This document shows positions 6,987 through 14,942 of a stretch of DNA of 37,800 bases, in pieces. The notes beneath the pieces are model-generated. The model ran no database searches, was not told the DNA's origin, and saw only the letters and a list, made by a program, of their open reading frames with translations. The position numbers and the translations under genes are program-made. Position 1 is the stretch's first letter. Every line of letters begins with the position of its first letter. The stretch is from a virus (lineage: Duplodnaviria > Caudoviricetes): positions 1 through 37,800 of IMG/VR virus record IMGVR_UViG_3300043443_000231, one strand, 5' to 3'.

Positions 6987-7393
6987 AAGCAATTATTGAA
7001 TATGATCTGTTCAACGCACAAGATGCTCACGCATACAAGTGCTCACAGAAGGCCGTAGAAGCCTTTTACACGCTTGAAACGATAGCGGATGATTTGGAAG
7101 TGTGGCTAGCCAACAAAAACACCTCTGAAGAGTGTTTATTGGACATTCAACGTGTTATCATTCAATGGAACAAATCAAATGCCAACTGCGTAGCTAAAGG
7201 ATGGAGAAAGAGACAGATTATTGGCATTGAATCAGAGCATCAACCGTGGTGTGCTTCTTTGACACGGATATTGACTTGTATGCCTCCCAAACCAGCACCA
7301 TGTGATTGCAAAACACAATGCGTAGAACATGGCGAATGTTTTGGTGGAAAATGTATTTATCAACAAGATAAAGGAAAAGATTATCATGAGTAA
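6983..7393 (+). CDS. Hypothetical protein, possibly chimeric, Cys-rich C-terminus
   Basis: GAGG RBS; 136 aa. Confidence 0.6.
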   Translation: MKAIIEYDLFNAQDAHAYKCSQKAVEAFYTLETIADDLEVWLANKNTSEECLLDIQRVIIQWNKSNANCVAKGWRKRQIIGIESEHQPWCASLTRILTCMPPKPAPCDCKTQCVEHGECFGGKCIYQQDKGKDYHE

Positions 7394-7679
7394 ATCAAGC
7401 GACGGAGGAAAGGGCTCAAGCCCTCGCCCTTTTAGCGTATCTCAGGCTGAGTATGATGCTCGATGGGACGCTATTTTTAGCAGAGACTTAAAAGATGAGC
7501 CGCAGGACTTGTCCGAGGACTACGAGCGTAGCGAGGAAGAAGATCCCGATGGTGATTCCCTACGATGCCTACGCTGTGGCGGTGTTGATACTATGTACGT
7601 AGCACCTAACGGTATGTATCGTGTATGTGACCAATGTGGTAACGCTGAAAGGATTTTACATGACGACCCTGACTACTGA
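7386..7679 (+). CDS. GKGSxPRP...WDAIF family protein with C-terminal Zn ribbon
   Basis: Likely start ATG 7386 after AAGGA; CLRC...CDQC. Confidence 0.7.
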   Translation: MSKSSDGGKGSSPRPFSVSQAEYDARWDAIFSRDLKDEPQDLSEDYERSEEEDPDGDSLRCLRCGGVDTMYVAPNGMYRVCDQCGNAERILHDDPDY

Positions 7680-7863
7680 TGAGATTGTAGAGATGGCTAG
7701 ACAGGCTGGCATGGCGTTAGAAAATTATGGCGGGACTTTGTTAGTGCGACATCTTCCATCTGACAGTCTTGAAGCCTTTGCCAAACTGGTAGCAGCCAAG
7801 TATGAGGATGAAATTCAAGACTTGAAAGACATGATTATGGAACTAATGGAGCAATCAGAATGA
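7660..7863 (+). CDS. Hypothetical protein (MARQAG...LEAFAKLV family)
   Basis: AAGGA RBS before ATG 7660. Confidence 0.7.
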   Translation: MTTLTTDEIVEMARQAGMALENYGGTLLVRHLPSDSLEAFAKLVAAKYEDEIQDLKDMIMELMEQSE

Positions 7864-8120
7864 CATATAATGACATTATTGATTTTGCTATACAGGCTGG
7901 TTGGTCTCGTCTTGAAGCAAAGCAAGATAAACAGCCTTTAATGGTTTTTGCAGAATTGATAGCAGCTAAAGAGCGCGAGATTTGCGCAAAAATTCCAAGA
8001 CAGCACGCGCTAGAAATGGTTGATGGAATATTTGGCAAACGTTTTCCAGATGAAGCTATTGCGGTACTTCGTGCAACTGACGCAATGGCTGAAAAAATAA
8101 AAGCGAGGGGTAAACAATGA
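7860..8120 (+). CDS. Hypothetical protein (AIQAG...FAELIAAKERE family, IKARG end)
   Basis: ATGA-coupled; paralogous to the preceding ORF. Confidence 0.75.
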   Translation: MTYNDIIDFAIQAGWSRLEAKQDKQPLMVFAELIAAKEREICAKIPRQHALEMVDGIFGKRFPDEAIAVLRATDAMAEKIKARGKQ

Positions 8121-8224
8121 TTTTCCTGCCGCTTGAACCATACACATTGGCTGTGTTGTCTAAAAAAGTCATAAATATCATTAAGCGCGTGTACCACGCA
8201 ATCCGAGCACGAGGTGAAACATGA
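8117..8224 (+). CDS. 35-aa peptide ending AIRARGET
   Basis: Manual translation; ATGA-coupled on both sides. Confidence 0.5.
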   Translation: MIFLPLEPYTLAVLSKKVINIIKRVYHAIRARGET

Positions 8225-8322
8225 AAGACAAATGGCTGTTGTTCACAACTCTTCTTTATTTAACAAACATTTTTGGATGGCTTGGGTTTGTAATTTTGAA
8301 AATAGCAAGAGGTGAAGCATGA
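8221..8322 (+). CDS. 33-aa single-TM peptide ending KIARGEA
   Basis: Manual translation MKDKWLLFTTLLYLTNIFGWLGFVILKIARGEA; GAGGTG RBS. Confidence 0.55.
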   Translation: MKDKWLLFTTLLYLTNIFGWLGFVILKIARGEA

Positions 8323-9938
8323 GTGCAGTCAAAATAGCTTCTAAATTCCTGACCGGAAGTTCCTTCCTCAAACACATACCATGTGAAGCCTGCGGTTCCT
8401 CAGACGGCAATAGTCTCTATGACGATGGTCATCAGTACTGCCATGTATGCAATGCGTATGAAAGTGCAGGTAGTTATGAACAAGCACCTACCAAATCGAA
8501 AGTAAAACCTATGATTAGCAACAAAGTTGGTGAGATTAAGGCTATCCCTGATCGAGGGATTACACAGCAGACCTGTGAGGCCTATGGTGTACGGCAGGAT
8601 GCTACAAAGCATTACTACCCTTACTTTGACCAAGATGGTAAGGAGGTAGCTGCTAAGGTACGTCATGTTGAACTCAAGAACTTCAATGTTGAAGGTAGCT
8701 GGTCACAAGCGGCCTTATTCGGTCAACAGCTATTCGCTAAAGGGGGTAAATACATCACCCTCTGTGAAGGTGAATTAGACGCTCTAGCGGCCTATCAGAT
8801 GACAGGTAGCAAGTGGCCTGTTGTGTCTATCCGTAACGGTGCTTCAGCGGCATTGAAGGACTGTAAGGCTAACTACGAATACTTAGATAGCTTTGCGGAG
8901 ATTGTGATCTGTTTCGACGCAGATGATGCGGGGATTAAGGCTTCCAACGAAGTAGCTGAACTCTTCGGTAGCAAATGTAAGATTGTTAAACACTTAAAGG
9001 ACTTCAAAGATGCTTGCGACTATCTCCGTAACGGACGAACAACTGAATTTGTTAATCAATGGTGGAGAGCTGAGACTTATGTGCCCGATGGAATTGTGGC
9101 AGCGTCTTCCCTATGGTCAACAGTCAATACTCCGGAACCAGCAGCTGAGGCTTTCTATCCATTCAAAGGACTCAACGACCTCCTCTACGGGTTACGAAGG
9201 GCAGAGCTCATTACAGTTACAGCAGGCTCAGGTCTCGGCAAGAGCCAGTTTCTTAGAGAGATCCTCTTCAACATCCTCAACACAACAACTTGGAACATCG
9301 GAGGAATGTTCTTGGAAGAGTCAGTCAGAAAAACTGCTAGAAGCGTTATGTCTCTCCATGCAAACAAAAAACTGCACCTGCCAGACACACCAGTCAGCGA
9401 ACAAGAATTGAAGGAGGCTTTCGATGCCACACTTGGAACTGATCGTATTTTTCTTTTTGACCACTTTGGCTCCCTTGCTCTTGATAACGTACTTAATCGC
9501 ATACGTTACATGGCGAAGGCTTGCGATTGTCGTGTCGTGTTTCTTGACCATATTAGCTTGCTTGTGTCTGGTATGGATGGGAATGATGATAGGAAAGCTA
9601 TTGATGTCTTGATGACTAAATTACGCACTATGGTTCAAGAGCTAGAGATTACGCTTATCTGTGTATCACATCTTAAACGACCTAACAGCGACAAAGGCCA
9701 TGAAGATGGTCAGGCAGTCTCTTTGTCTCAACTGAGAGGCTCAGGCGCTATCGCTCAGTTGTCTGACGCTGTGATTACCCTAGAGCGTAACTCAATGAGT
9801 CCTGACGCTAGTGTAAGACATACAACTAAAGTAGCAGTTGCTAAGAACCGCTATGCGGGTCAGACGGGGCCAGCCTGCGATCTGCGCTATGATGTCGAAA
9901 CAGGGCGTATGTACGAAATAAAGATGGATGACCTGTGA
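8319..9938 (+). CDS. T7 gp4-like DNA primase-helicase
   Basis: Zn finger CEAC...CHVC; TOPRIM EGELD and FDADDAG; Walker A AGSGLGKS; DHIS, SHLKR, LRGSGAIAQLSD and KNR motifs. Confidence 0.96.
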   Translation: MSAVKIASKFLTGSSFLKHIPCEACGSSDGNSLYDDGHQYCHVCNAYESAGSYEQAPTKSKVKPMISNKVGEIKAIPDRGITQQTCEAYGVRQDATKHYYPYFDQDGKEVAAKVRHVELKNFNVEGSWSQAALFGQQLFAKGGKYITLCEGELDALAAYQMTGSKWPVVSIRNGASAALKDCKANYEYLDSFAEIVICFDADDAGIKASNEVAELFGSKCKIVKHLKDFKDACDYLRNGRTTEFVNQWWRAETYVPDGIVAASSLWSTVNTPEPAAEAFYPFKGLNDLLYGLRRAELITVTAGSGLGKSQFLREILFNILNTTTWNIGGMFLEESVRKTARSVMSLHANKKLHLPDTPVSEQELKEAFDATLGTDRIFLFDHFGSLALDNVLNRIRYMAKACDCRVVFLDHISLLVSGMDGNDDRKAIDVLMTKLRTMVQELEITLICVSHLKRPNSDKGHEDGQAVSLSQLRGSGAIAQLSDAVITLERNSMSPDASVRHTTKVAVAKNRYAGQTGPACDLRYDVETGRMYEIKMDDL

Positions 9939-9969
9939 TATTATCTTTCACACTTGGAGCAAACAACAT

Positions 9970-10233
9970 ATGAATAAAAACAGAATGAATACATTGTTTC
10001 AACAAGCAATGAAGTACGCTCATGACAATCCTGAAGAGGGAAGAAACATGGCTAGCATCGCACTATATAAGTTTGGCGAACTGATTGAAAAAGAAACACT
10101 CTATATAGCAGCACAAGAAGGTCGTTTAAAGGAAATGAAAGACGAGTACTGCAAAACACCTCCAAGCCTACACAGGCCAAAAAGCGAGCCGATTACGGAA
10201 GAATTTAAACAATCTAAGTATTTTAAATACTAA
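9970..10233 (+). CDS. Hypothetical protein (KFGELI), first gene of the inserted cassette
   Basis: GGAG RBS before ATG 9970. Confidence 0.65.
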   Translation: MNKNRMNTLFQQAMKYAHDNPEEGRNMASIALYKFGELIEKETLYIAAQEGRLKEMKDEYCKTPPSLHRPKSEPITEEFKQSKYFKY

Positions 10234-10243
10234 GGAGAAAGTT

Positions 10244-10513
10244 ATGGATAAAACAAGAATTATACATTTTGTACAGAAGGCTGGTGGACACTTCTACACT
10301 GAGATGCTTGCAAGCAAACCAGCACAAAAACGTGAGGGAGTATCGTTCACAATCGAACAACTCTTAGAGTTTGCTGAGATGATTGCGAAGTACAAGCGCG
10401 AACCGCTGACGGATGAGCAGATTGAAAAAATATACAGAGCAGTTGATGGCAACGAGTTTCCGATAGATTTTTGTCGTGAAATCGAATTCGCTCACGGCAT
10501 TAAAGGGGAATAA
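10244..10513 (+). CDS. Hypothetical protein (QKAG...LLEFAEMI plus PLTDEQI...AHGI modules)
   Basis: AAGGAG RBS. Confidence 0.75.
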   Translation: MDKTRIIHFVQKAGGHFYTEMLASKPAQKREGVSFTIEQLLEFAEMIAKYKREPLTDEQIEKIYRAVDGNEFPIDFCREIEFAHGIKGE

Positions 10514-10514
10514 A

Positions 10515-10859
10515 ATGCCGTTTAATCCAATACCAGCAGCGTTTGGTAACTCATTAGCACAACCAAGCATCAAAGCTACTACCACCTACGACCACGAGAG
10601 CGTCACCCGTATGTTTGCGGACGCTTATTTTACGAAGAAGAATTCCAAAAACAAATCCGCAAAAGGAGCAACCATGATTGAAGTAAGTATTGTCGATGCG
10701 TACGATGACTATCGAGACGCAATGAATAAGGCAAAAGATTTTGATAGTGGCGTAGTCCTTCTTTCAATCCATAGTCAAAAACGCACTATGTTTGCACCTG
10801 TCTCAAAATCAAATTGGGAACGAATTGCAGAGCTTCTGAAGTCAAAGGAGACGCCATGA
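10515..10859 (+). CDS. Hypothetical protein
   Basis: AGGGG RBS before ATG 10515. Confidence 0.6.
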   Translation: MPFNPIPAAFGNSLAQPSIKATTTYDHESVTRMFADAYFTKKNSKNKSAKGATMIEVSIVDAYDDYRDAMNKAKDFDSGVVLLSIHSQKRTMFAPVSKSNWERIAELLKSKETP

Positions 10860-11053
10860 TTTACATGGAGAAAAATCAACCGCACTACCTTGTGTGGCCA
10901 GTACTTGCTTTTGGTAAAAACGACACAGAAGGAAGTTGGATTGGTATTGGCTGGCTAAATCTGGAAATCGGTTGGCGCAACTGCAATGATGAATTTGGTG
11001 ACGAAGTAGGTGAAGAATGGTTGGATGGGAGTCTAAAGGAGAAAAACAAATGA
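10856..11053 (+). CDS. Trp-rich hypothetical protein ending LKEKNK
   Basis: AAGGAG RBS before ATG 10856. Confidence 0.65.
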   Translation: MIYMEKNQPHYLVWPVLAFGKNDTEGSWIGIGWLNLEIGWRNCNDEFGDEVGEEWLDGSLKEKNK

Positions 11054-11127
11054 CTGGTCCTGCTTGCTCGTTGAAGTATGATCTAGACACTGGTAGAATG
11101 TACGAAGTCACGATGGAGGACTTATGA
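11050..11127 (+). pseudogene. Displaced copy of the helicase C-terminus (MTGPACSLKYDLDTGRMYEVTMEDL)
   Basis: Aligns without gaps to the helicase end TGPACDLRYDVETGRMYEIKMDDL, 17 of 24 residues identical. Confidence 0.85.
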
Positions 11128-11270
11128 TTGAAATGATGATCGTAGGTAGCACTGGAATTGGTTACGCTGTAGTTGGTGTACTCCAAGGTTTAAAAGGGGA
11201 ATACAGTAACATGGCTATCTGGCTAGGTTACTCTATTGCACAAGTTGGTTTGTTTCTTAACCTTAAGTAA
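11124..11270 (+). CDS. 48-aa two-TM membrane protein
   Basis: Manual translation MIEMMIVGSTGIGYAVVGVLQGLKGEYSNMAIWLGYSIAQVGLFLNLK; GGAGG RBS. Confidence 0.7.
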   Translation: MIEMMIVGSTGIGYAVVGVLQGLKGEYSNMAIWLGYSIAQVGLFLNLK

Positions 11271-11280
11271 GCGAGGACGC

Positions 11281-11490
11281 ATGAAGAACGAAGAACTAAT
11301 ATCAAAATTAATGGTCGAATCAGTGGTTCTTGCGCCGTTTAGCGATGTTGGTAGATTTGATGCAATAAAGTTTGCTGAATTGCTTATCAAAGAATGTGCT
11401 AGCATAGTAGATCAAAGACCTAACGTGTTAATTGGTCAAACGACTGGCGGGTGGCTTAGAGAACAGTTCGGAGTCACTGAAAATGATTAA
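11281..11490 (+). CDS. Hypothetical protein (KFAELLIKEC...FGV family)
   Basis: GAGG RBS before ATG 11281. Confidence 0.7.
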   Translation: MKNEELISKLMVESVVLAPFSDVGRFDAIKFAELLIKECASIVDQRPNVLIGQTTGGWLREQFGVTEND

Positions 11491-11668
11491 GACTATCCTA
11501 GCACCTAACGCACCGTGGTACACTGTTGAAGAGCTTGTGTGGCCTACTAAGATGGTTAAACAGCCTTACGTTCCTAAGAAGATCGAGAAGAGGACACAAA
11601 GGGCTAAACCCTCAGAGATTGACAAGAAGTTTGAAGAGTGGTTATTAACTTTGGAGAAAATCAAATGA
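11483..11668 (+). CDS. Hypothetical protein (ILAPNAPW motif)
   Basis: GGAG RBS before ATG 11483. Confidence 0.65.
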   Translation: MIKTILAPNAPWYTVEELVWPTKMVKQPYVPKKIEKRTQRAKPSEIDKKFEEWLLTLEKIK

Positions 11669-11817
11669 CATTGAGAGAACTTAAGGAGCAGGAACGTAAA
11701 GCGTACATCGAAGGCAATGTAGAACTTGCTAAGATCTTGGGACTTCTAATTGATCATTATCGTCGAGGAGGTATTGAAAGTGATAAACGAACACGACATA
11801 AAAGATATGTGGGATAA
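11665..11817 (+). CDS. 50-aa hypothetical protein (EQERKAYIEGN motif)
   Basis: Manual translation; GGAG RBS; motif similar to 4279..4530. Confidence 0.6.
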   Translation: MTLRELKEQERKAYIEGNVELAKILGLLIDHYRRGGIESDKRTRHKRYVG

Positions 11818-11956
11818 AGAGACTCAGGAAGCCTATCTCAAGTGGGCTAAAGAGTACGGAGTCCCTTACGATCCTTGGTTTGGTCAACCAGCTGTGTCTG
11901 CTGCTTGGATAGCTGCTATCAAGTGGTATAAGCAACAAAAGGAAGGTGAAGTATGA
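11780..11956 (+). CDS. Hypothetical protein
   Basis: GGAGG RBS before GTG 11780. Confidence 0.6.
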   Translation: MINEHDIKDMWDKETQEAYLKWAKEYGVPYDPWFGQPAVSAAWIAAIKWYKQQKEGEV

Positions 11957-12141
11957 GCACAGATTATTTTTATGATAAGCCAATAATGACAGTTAACTCA
12001 GCGCCAAAGTATGTTGGTGGTTACGAAATTGGAGGAAAGAACGCCTTAAAAATCATGTTATCTAAAAAACCTTTTTGGTTACACAGAAAAATGGCTGAAT
12101 GGTTTTTTGGTTTTGTTTGGGTTGACGAGGTACAAAAATGA
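11953..12141 (+). CDS. Hypothetical protein (KP-WLHR...FFGFVW)
   Basis: ATGA-coupled. Confidence 0.7.
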   Translation: MSTDYFYDKPIMTVNSAPKYVGGYEIGGKNALKIMLSKKPFWLHRKMAEWFFGFVWVDEVQK

Positions 12142-12383
12142 TTACAGACAAAAACACAGGTGGGCCAGCGTTTCCATATCAAGAGGTTTTACCAGATGGA
12201 TTTGCAAACTTAACACCACAAAGAGGCATGACCTTGCGTGACTATTTTGCTGCCAAGGCAATTGTTGGACATCTTGCAGATGGTGGCTGGAAATGTGACC
12301 AGTCGCATTTTGATGATGTGGCAAAAGGCGCATACCGATTGGCAGATGCAATGTTGAAAGCGAGAGAGGTCAACAATGATTGA
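12138..12383 (+). CDS. GGPAFP...GMTLRDYFAAKA family phage protein
   Basis: Recognisable motifs; GAGG RBS. Confidence 0.8.
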   Translation: MITDKNTGGPAFPYQEVLPDGFANLTPQRGMTLRDYFAAKAIVGHLADGGWKCDQSHFDDVAKGAYRLADAMLKAREVNND

Positions 12384-12570
12384 CAACTACGAACGCTTAG
12401 TTGGTAGACTCATGGACTTAGAGACTAAGTTTTATGAACTACAAGAGAAGTACCATACACTCATCAATGACTACGAAAAACTGAAAGAAGAACATGAAGC
12501 GGATCGCCTTAGACATCGAAACGAACTTGGTACACGATACGATCCATTTGTGCGTAACTCAGGACATTGA
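12376..12570 (+). CDS. Short coiled-coil protein overlapping the polymerase start
   Basis: GAGG RBS; heptad pattern in the first 40 aa. Confidence 0.6.
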   Translation: MIDNYERLVGRLMDLETKFYELQEKYHTLINDYEKLKEEHEADRLRHRNELGTRYDPFVRNSGH

Positions 12571-14212
12571 TAACACAGAGGATGTAAGAGTATGGAAAGC
12601 TCCAAACGGCCTATGGGATTACTTAAAGGACGCTACATTGATAGTAGCCCACAACGGCATAGGATTCGACTTCCCGATCTTGAACAGGCTTTGGGGGACG
12701 AAGATTGGCTTGAAGCAGGGTTACGATACTCTCGTAGTGTCAAGGCTCCTAGAACCGACGAGGGAGAGAGGACACTCTCTAGAGGCATGGGGAAACGAAT
12801 TAGGAAAGGCAAAGATTGATTATGGAAAAGTATGGTCTTGGATGGTTGGTAGACCTGAGGAATATGCTGGTGAAGCTTTTGATAAACCTATTCCTGATTT
12901 GCTTGAGCATTACTGCGTACGTGATGTTGCTGTTCTACGGGATCTTTTTGTGCGTCTTTGTAGTGATCTCGAATCTAAAGGATTTTCTCAAGAGTCTGTT
13001 ACCCTCGAACACCAAGTAGCAAGCATCATAGCTAAACAGGAACGTAATGGATTCAAACTTGACACAATCTACGCAACTTGCTTACTTGCTGACCTCAAAG
13101 GAAAGATGGCAGGAATCTATGAGCAGATGCAGGAGCAGTGGCCTCCCGTCACCAAGGAACGATATTCCGAGAAGACAGGAAAAAGACTCAAGGATGAGAC
13201 AATTACCTTTAATCCAGCAAGCAGACAGCAGATCGGAGAGAAGCTAATTGAGCTAGGATGGAAGCCTAAGAAGTTCACACCTACTGGTCAACCTATCGTA
13301 GACGAAGCAGTGCTTGTAGCTTTGAACTTCCCTGAAGCTAAGATCATCGCTGAGTACTTGATGCTACAGAAACGAGTAGCTCAGGTTGAGTCTTGGATGG
13401 ATGCTGTAGGTAAGGATGGTAGAGTACACGGTAGAGTCATCACCAACGGTGCTGTGACAGGTCGTATGACCCATAGCAGCCCTAACATGGCTCAGATCCC
13501 TAACTCAGGTTCTCCGTATGGGCGTGAATGTAGACAATGTTGGACGGTAGAAGATGGTAACGTACTTGTTGGTTGTGACGCTAGCGGCCTTGAGTTACGT
13601 ATGTTGGCTCATTACATGAAGGATGAAAATTATGTCAAGACAGTCACCGAAGGAAGCTCTAAGGACGGCACGGATGTGCATACGATCAACCAACGTGCAG
13701 CCGGTTTGGAAACGAGGGATCAAGCGAAGACGTTTATCTACGCCTTCCTATATGGGGCGGGGCCGGAGAAGATCGGATCCATCGTCGGGGGTTCTCGTGT
13801 TCAGGGTCAGCGCCTTATCGATAGATTTCTTAAAGGGACTCCCGCACTCCAACGTCTACGTGATCTCGTCCAACGGTATGCGGAGAAAGGCTATGTACCG
13901 GGCCTCGATGGTCGCAAAATTTGGGTACGTAGTGAACATGCGGCACTCAATAGCCTTCTTCAGGGCGCAGGGGCTATCGTTATGAAGAAAGCGTTAGTTA
14001 TCTTCAATGACAAGATCACTAGGAATAAGTGGGATGTCAAGATGGTCGCAAATGTCCACGATGAGATTCAATTTGAGTGCTTAGAGGAGATAGCTGACAC
14101 AGCGGGCAAAGCAGCTAGACAATCAATCGTTGAGGCTGGTTTGTCGTATAATCTAAGATGTCCTCTTGATGGGGAATACAAAATAGGAAGGAATTGGCGT
14201 GAAACTCACTAA
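12494..14212 (+). CDS. polA: Family A DNA polymerase with 3'-5' exonuclease domain (T7-like, Tyr762 type)
   Basis: Exo motifs DIET and HNGIGFD; motif A DASGLELR; motif B RDQAKTFIYAFLYG; motif C VHDE. Confidence 0.96.
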   Translation: MKRIALDIETNLVHDTIHLCVTQDIDNTEDVRVWKAPNGLWDYLKDATLIVAHNGIGFDFPILNRLWGTKIGLKQGYDTLVVSRLLEPTRERGHSLEAWGNELGKAKIDYGKVWSWMVGRPEEYAGEAFDKPIPDLLEHYCVRDVAVLRDLFVRLCSDLESKGFSQESVTLEHQVASIIAKQERNGFKLDTIYATCLLADLKGKMAGIYEQMQEQWPPVTKERYSEKTGKRLKDETITFNPASRQQIGEKLIELGWKPKKFTPTGQPIVDEAVLVALNFPEAKIIAEYLMLQKRVAQVESWMDAVGKDGRVHGRVITNGAVTGRMTHSSPNMAQIPNSGSPYGRECRQCWTVEDGNVLVGCDASGLELRMLAHYMKDENYVKTVTEGSSKDGTDVHTINQRAAGLETRDQAKTFIYAFLYGAGPEKIGSIVGGSRVQGQRLIDRFLKGTPALQRLRDLVQRYAEKGYVPGLDGRKIWVRSEHAALNSLLQGAGAIVMKKALVIFNDKITRNKWDVKMVANVHDEIQFECLEEIADTAGKAARQSIVEAGLSYNLRCPLDGEYKIGRNWRETH

Positions 14213-14390
14213 AGGCAGTGATGCAATAAAACAACAGATCTTGCTAAACATTAGTGATGATTCGTTTATAATTCACCACACAGACACAATGGATATTTTA
14301 GATGTATACTTGGTATTGGTTGCTGCCATAGAATACATTGAAGAAGAAGCAACCGGACTTGCAAAACATGAAGGGAAATACTTGCAATGA
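14199..14390 (+). CDS. Hypothetical protein
   Basis: GTG start overlapping the pol stop. Confidence 0.6.
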   Translation: MKLTKGSDAIKQQILLNISDDSFIIHHTDTMDILDVYLVLVAAIEYIEEEATGLAKHEGKYLQ

Positions 14391-14536
14391 AGTTAGATCT
14401 TGAACCAAATGAAGTACAATTCTTGTTACAAGTACTAGGAGAGCTGCCAACTAAGACAGGCGCTTTCGTACTCGTACAGAAAATCGAAGGGCAAGCACAA
14501 GCCCAACAAGCAAACCAACCTAATGAAGGAAATTGA
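14387..14536 (+). CDS. 49-aa hypothetical protein (MKLDLEPNEVQFLLQVLGELPTK...)
   Basis: Manual translation; ATGA-coupled. Confidence 0.7.
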   Translation: MKLDLEPNEVQFLLQVLGELPTKTGAFVLVQKIEGQAQAQQANQPNEGN

Positions 14537-14537
14537 A

Positions 14538-14942
14538 ATGAGTGATTTGAAACCAGCAAAAATCAACGGTGAGTTGTTCTGGACTAAGTGGATGAATAAC
14601 CTGAATACTAAGTTCAACGAGGCTAACGACAAGTACGAATGTACAATCGGTAACATCTCAGACAACGATGCAGCTAAGTTGACTGCTTTGGGTATCAAGG
14701 TCAAGAACAAAGACTCTATGGGCAACTACATTGTCTGTAAGTCTAAGTATGCCTTCAAGCCTATCGGTGAAGACATGAAAGAGATTGCAGTTGAGGACTT
14801 GGGTAACGGTTCTAAGGTTGTTGCTGTTGTCAGCTCATACGAACACAAGATGAGCAAGATGCACGGTAAAGCACCATCGTTGAAGAACTTCATGGTCACG
14901 CAAGTGGTCACCTATGTCCCAGAGACAGAAGACAGCCTCTGA
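14538..14942 (+). CDS. Putative single-stranded DNA-binding protein (gp2.5-like)
   Basis: Sits between pol and exonuclease; beta-rich, acidic C-terminus ETEDSL; AAGGA RBS before ATG 14538. Confidence 0.7.
   Translation: MSDLKPAKINGELFWTKWMNNLNTKFNEANDKYECTIGNISDNDAAKLTALGIKVKNKDSMGNYIVCKSKYAFKPIGEDMKEIAVEDLGNGSKVVAVVSSYEHKMSKMHGKAPSLKNFMVTQVVTYVPETEDSL

Noticed and set aside
13623-13985. 120-aa overprinted gene in pol
   Set aside because: No clear SD; Arg/Ser-rich composition expected from an off-frame read of a GC-richer tract
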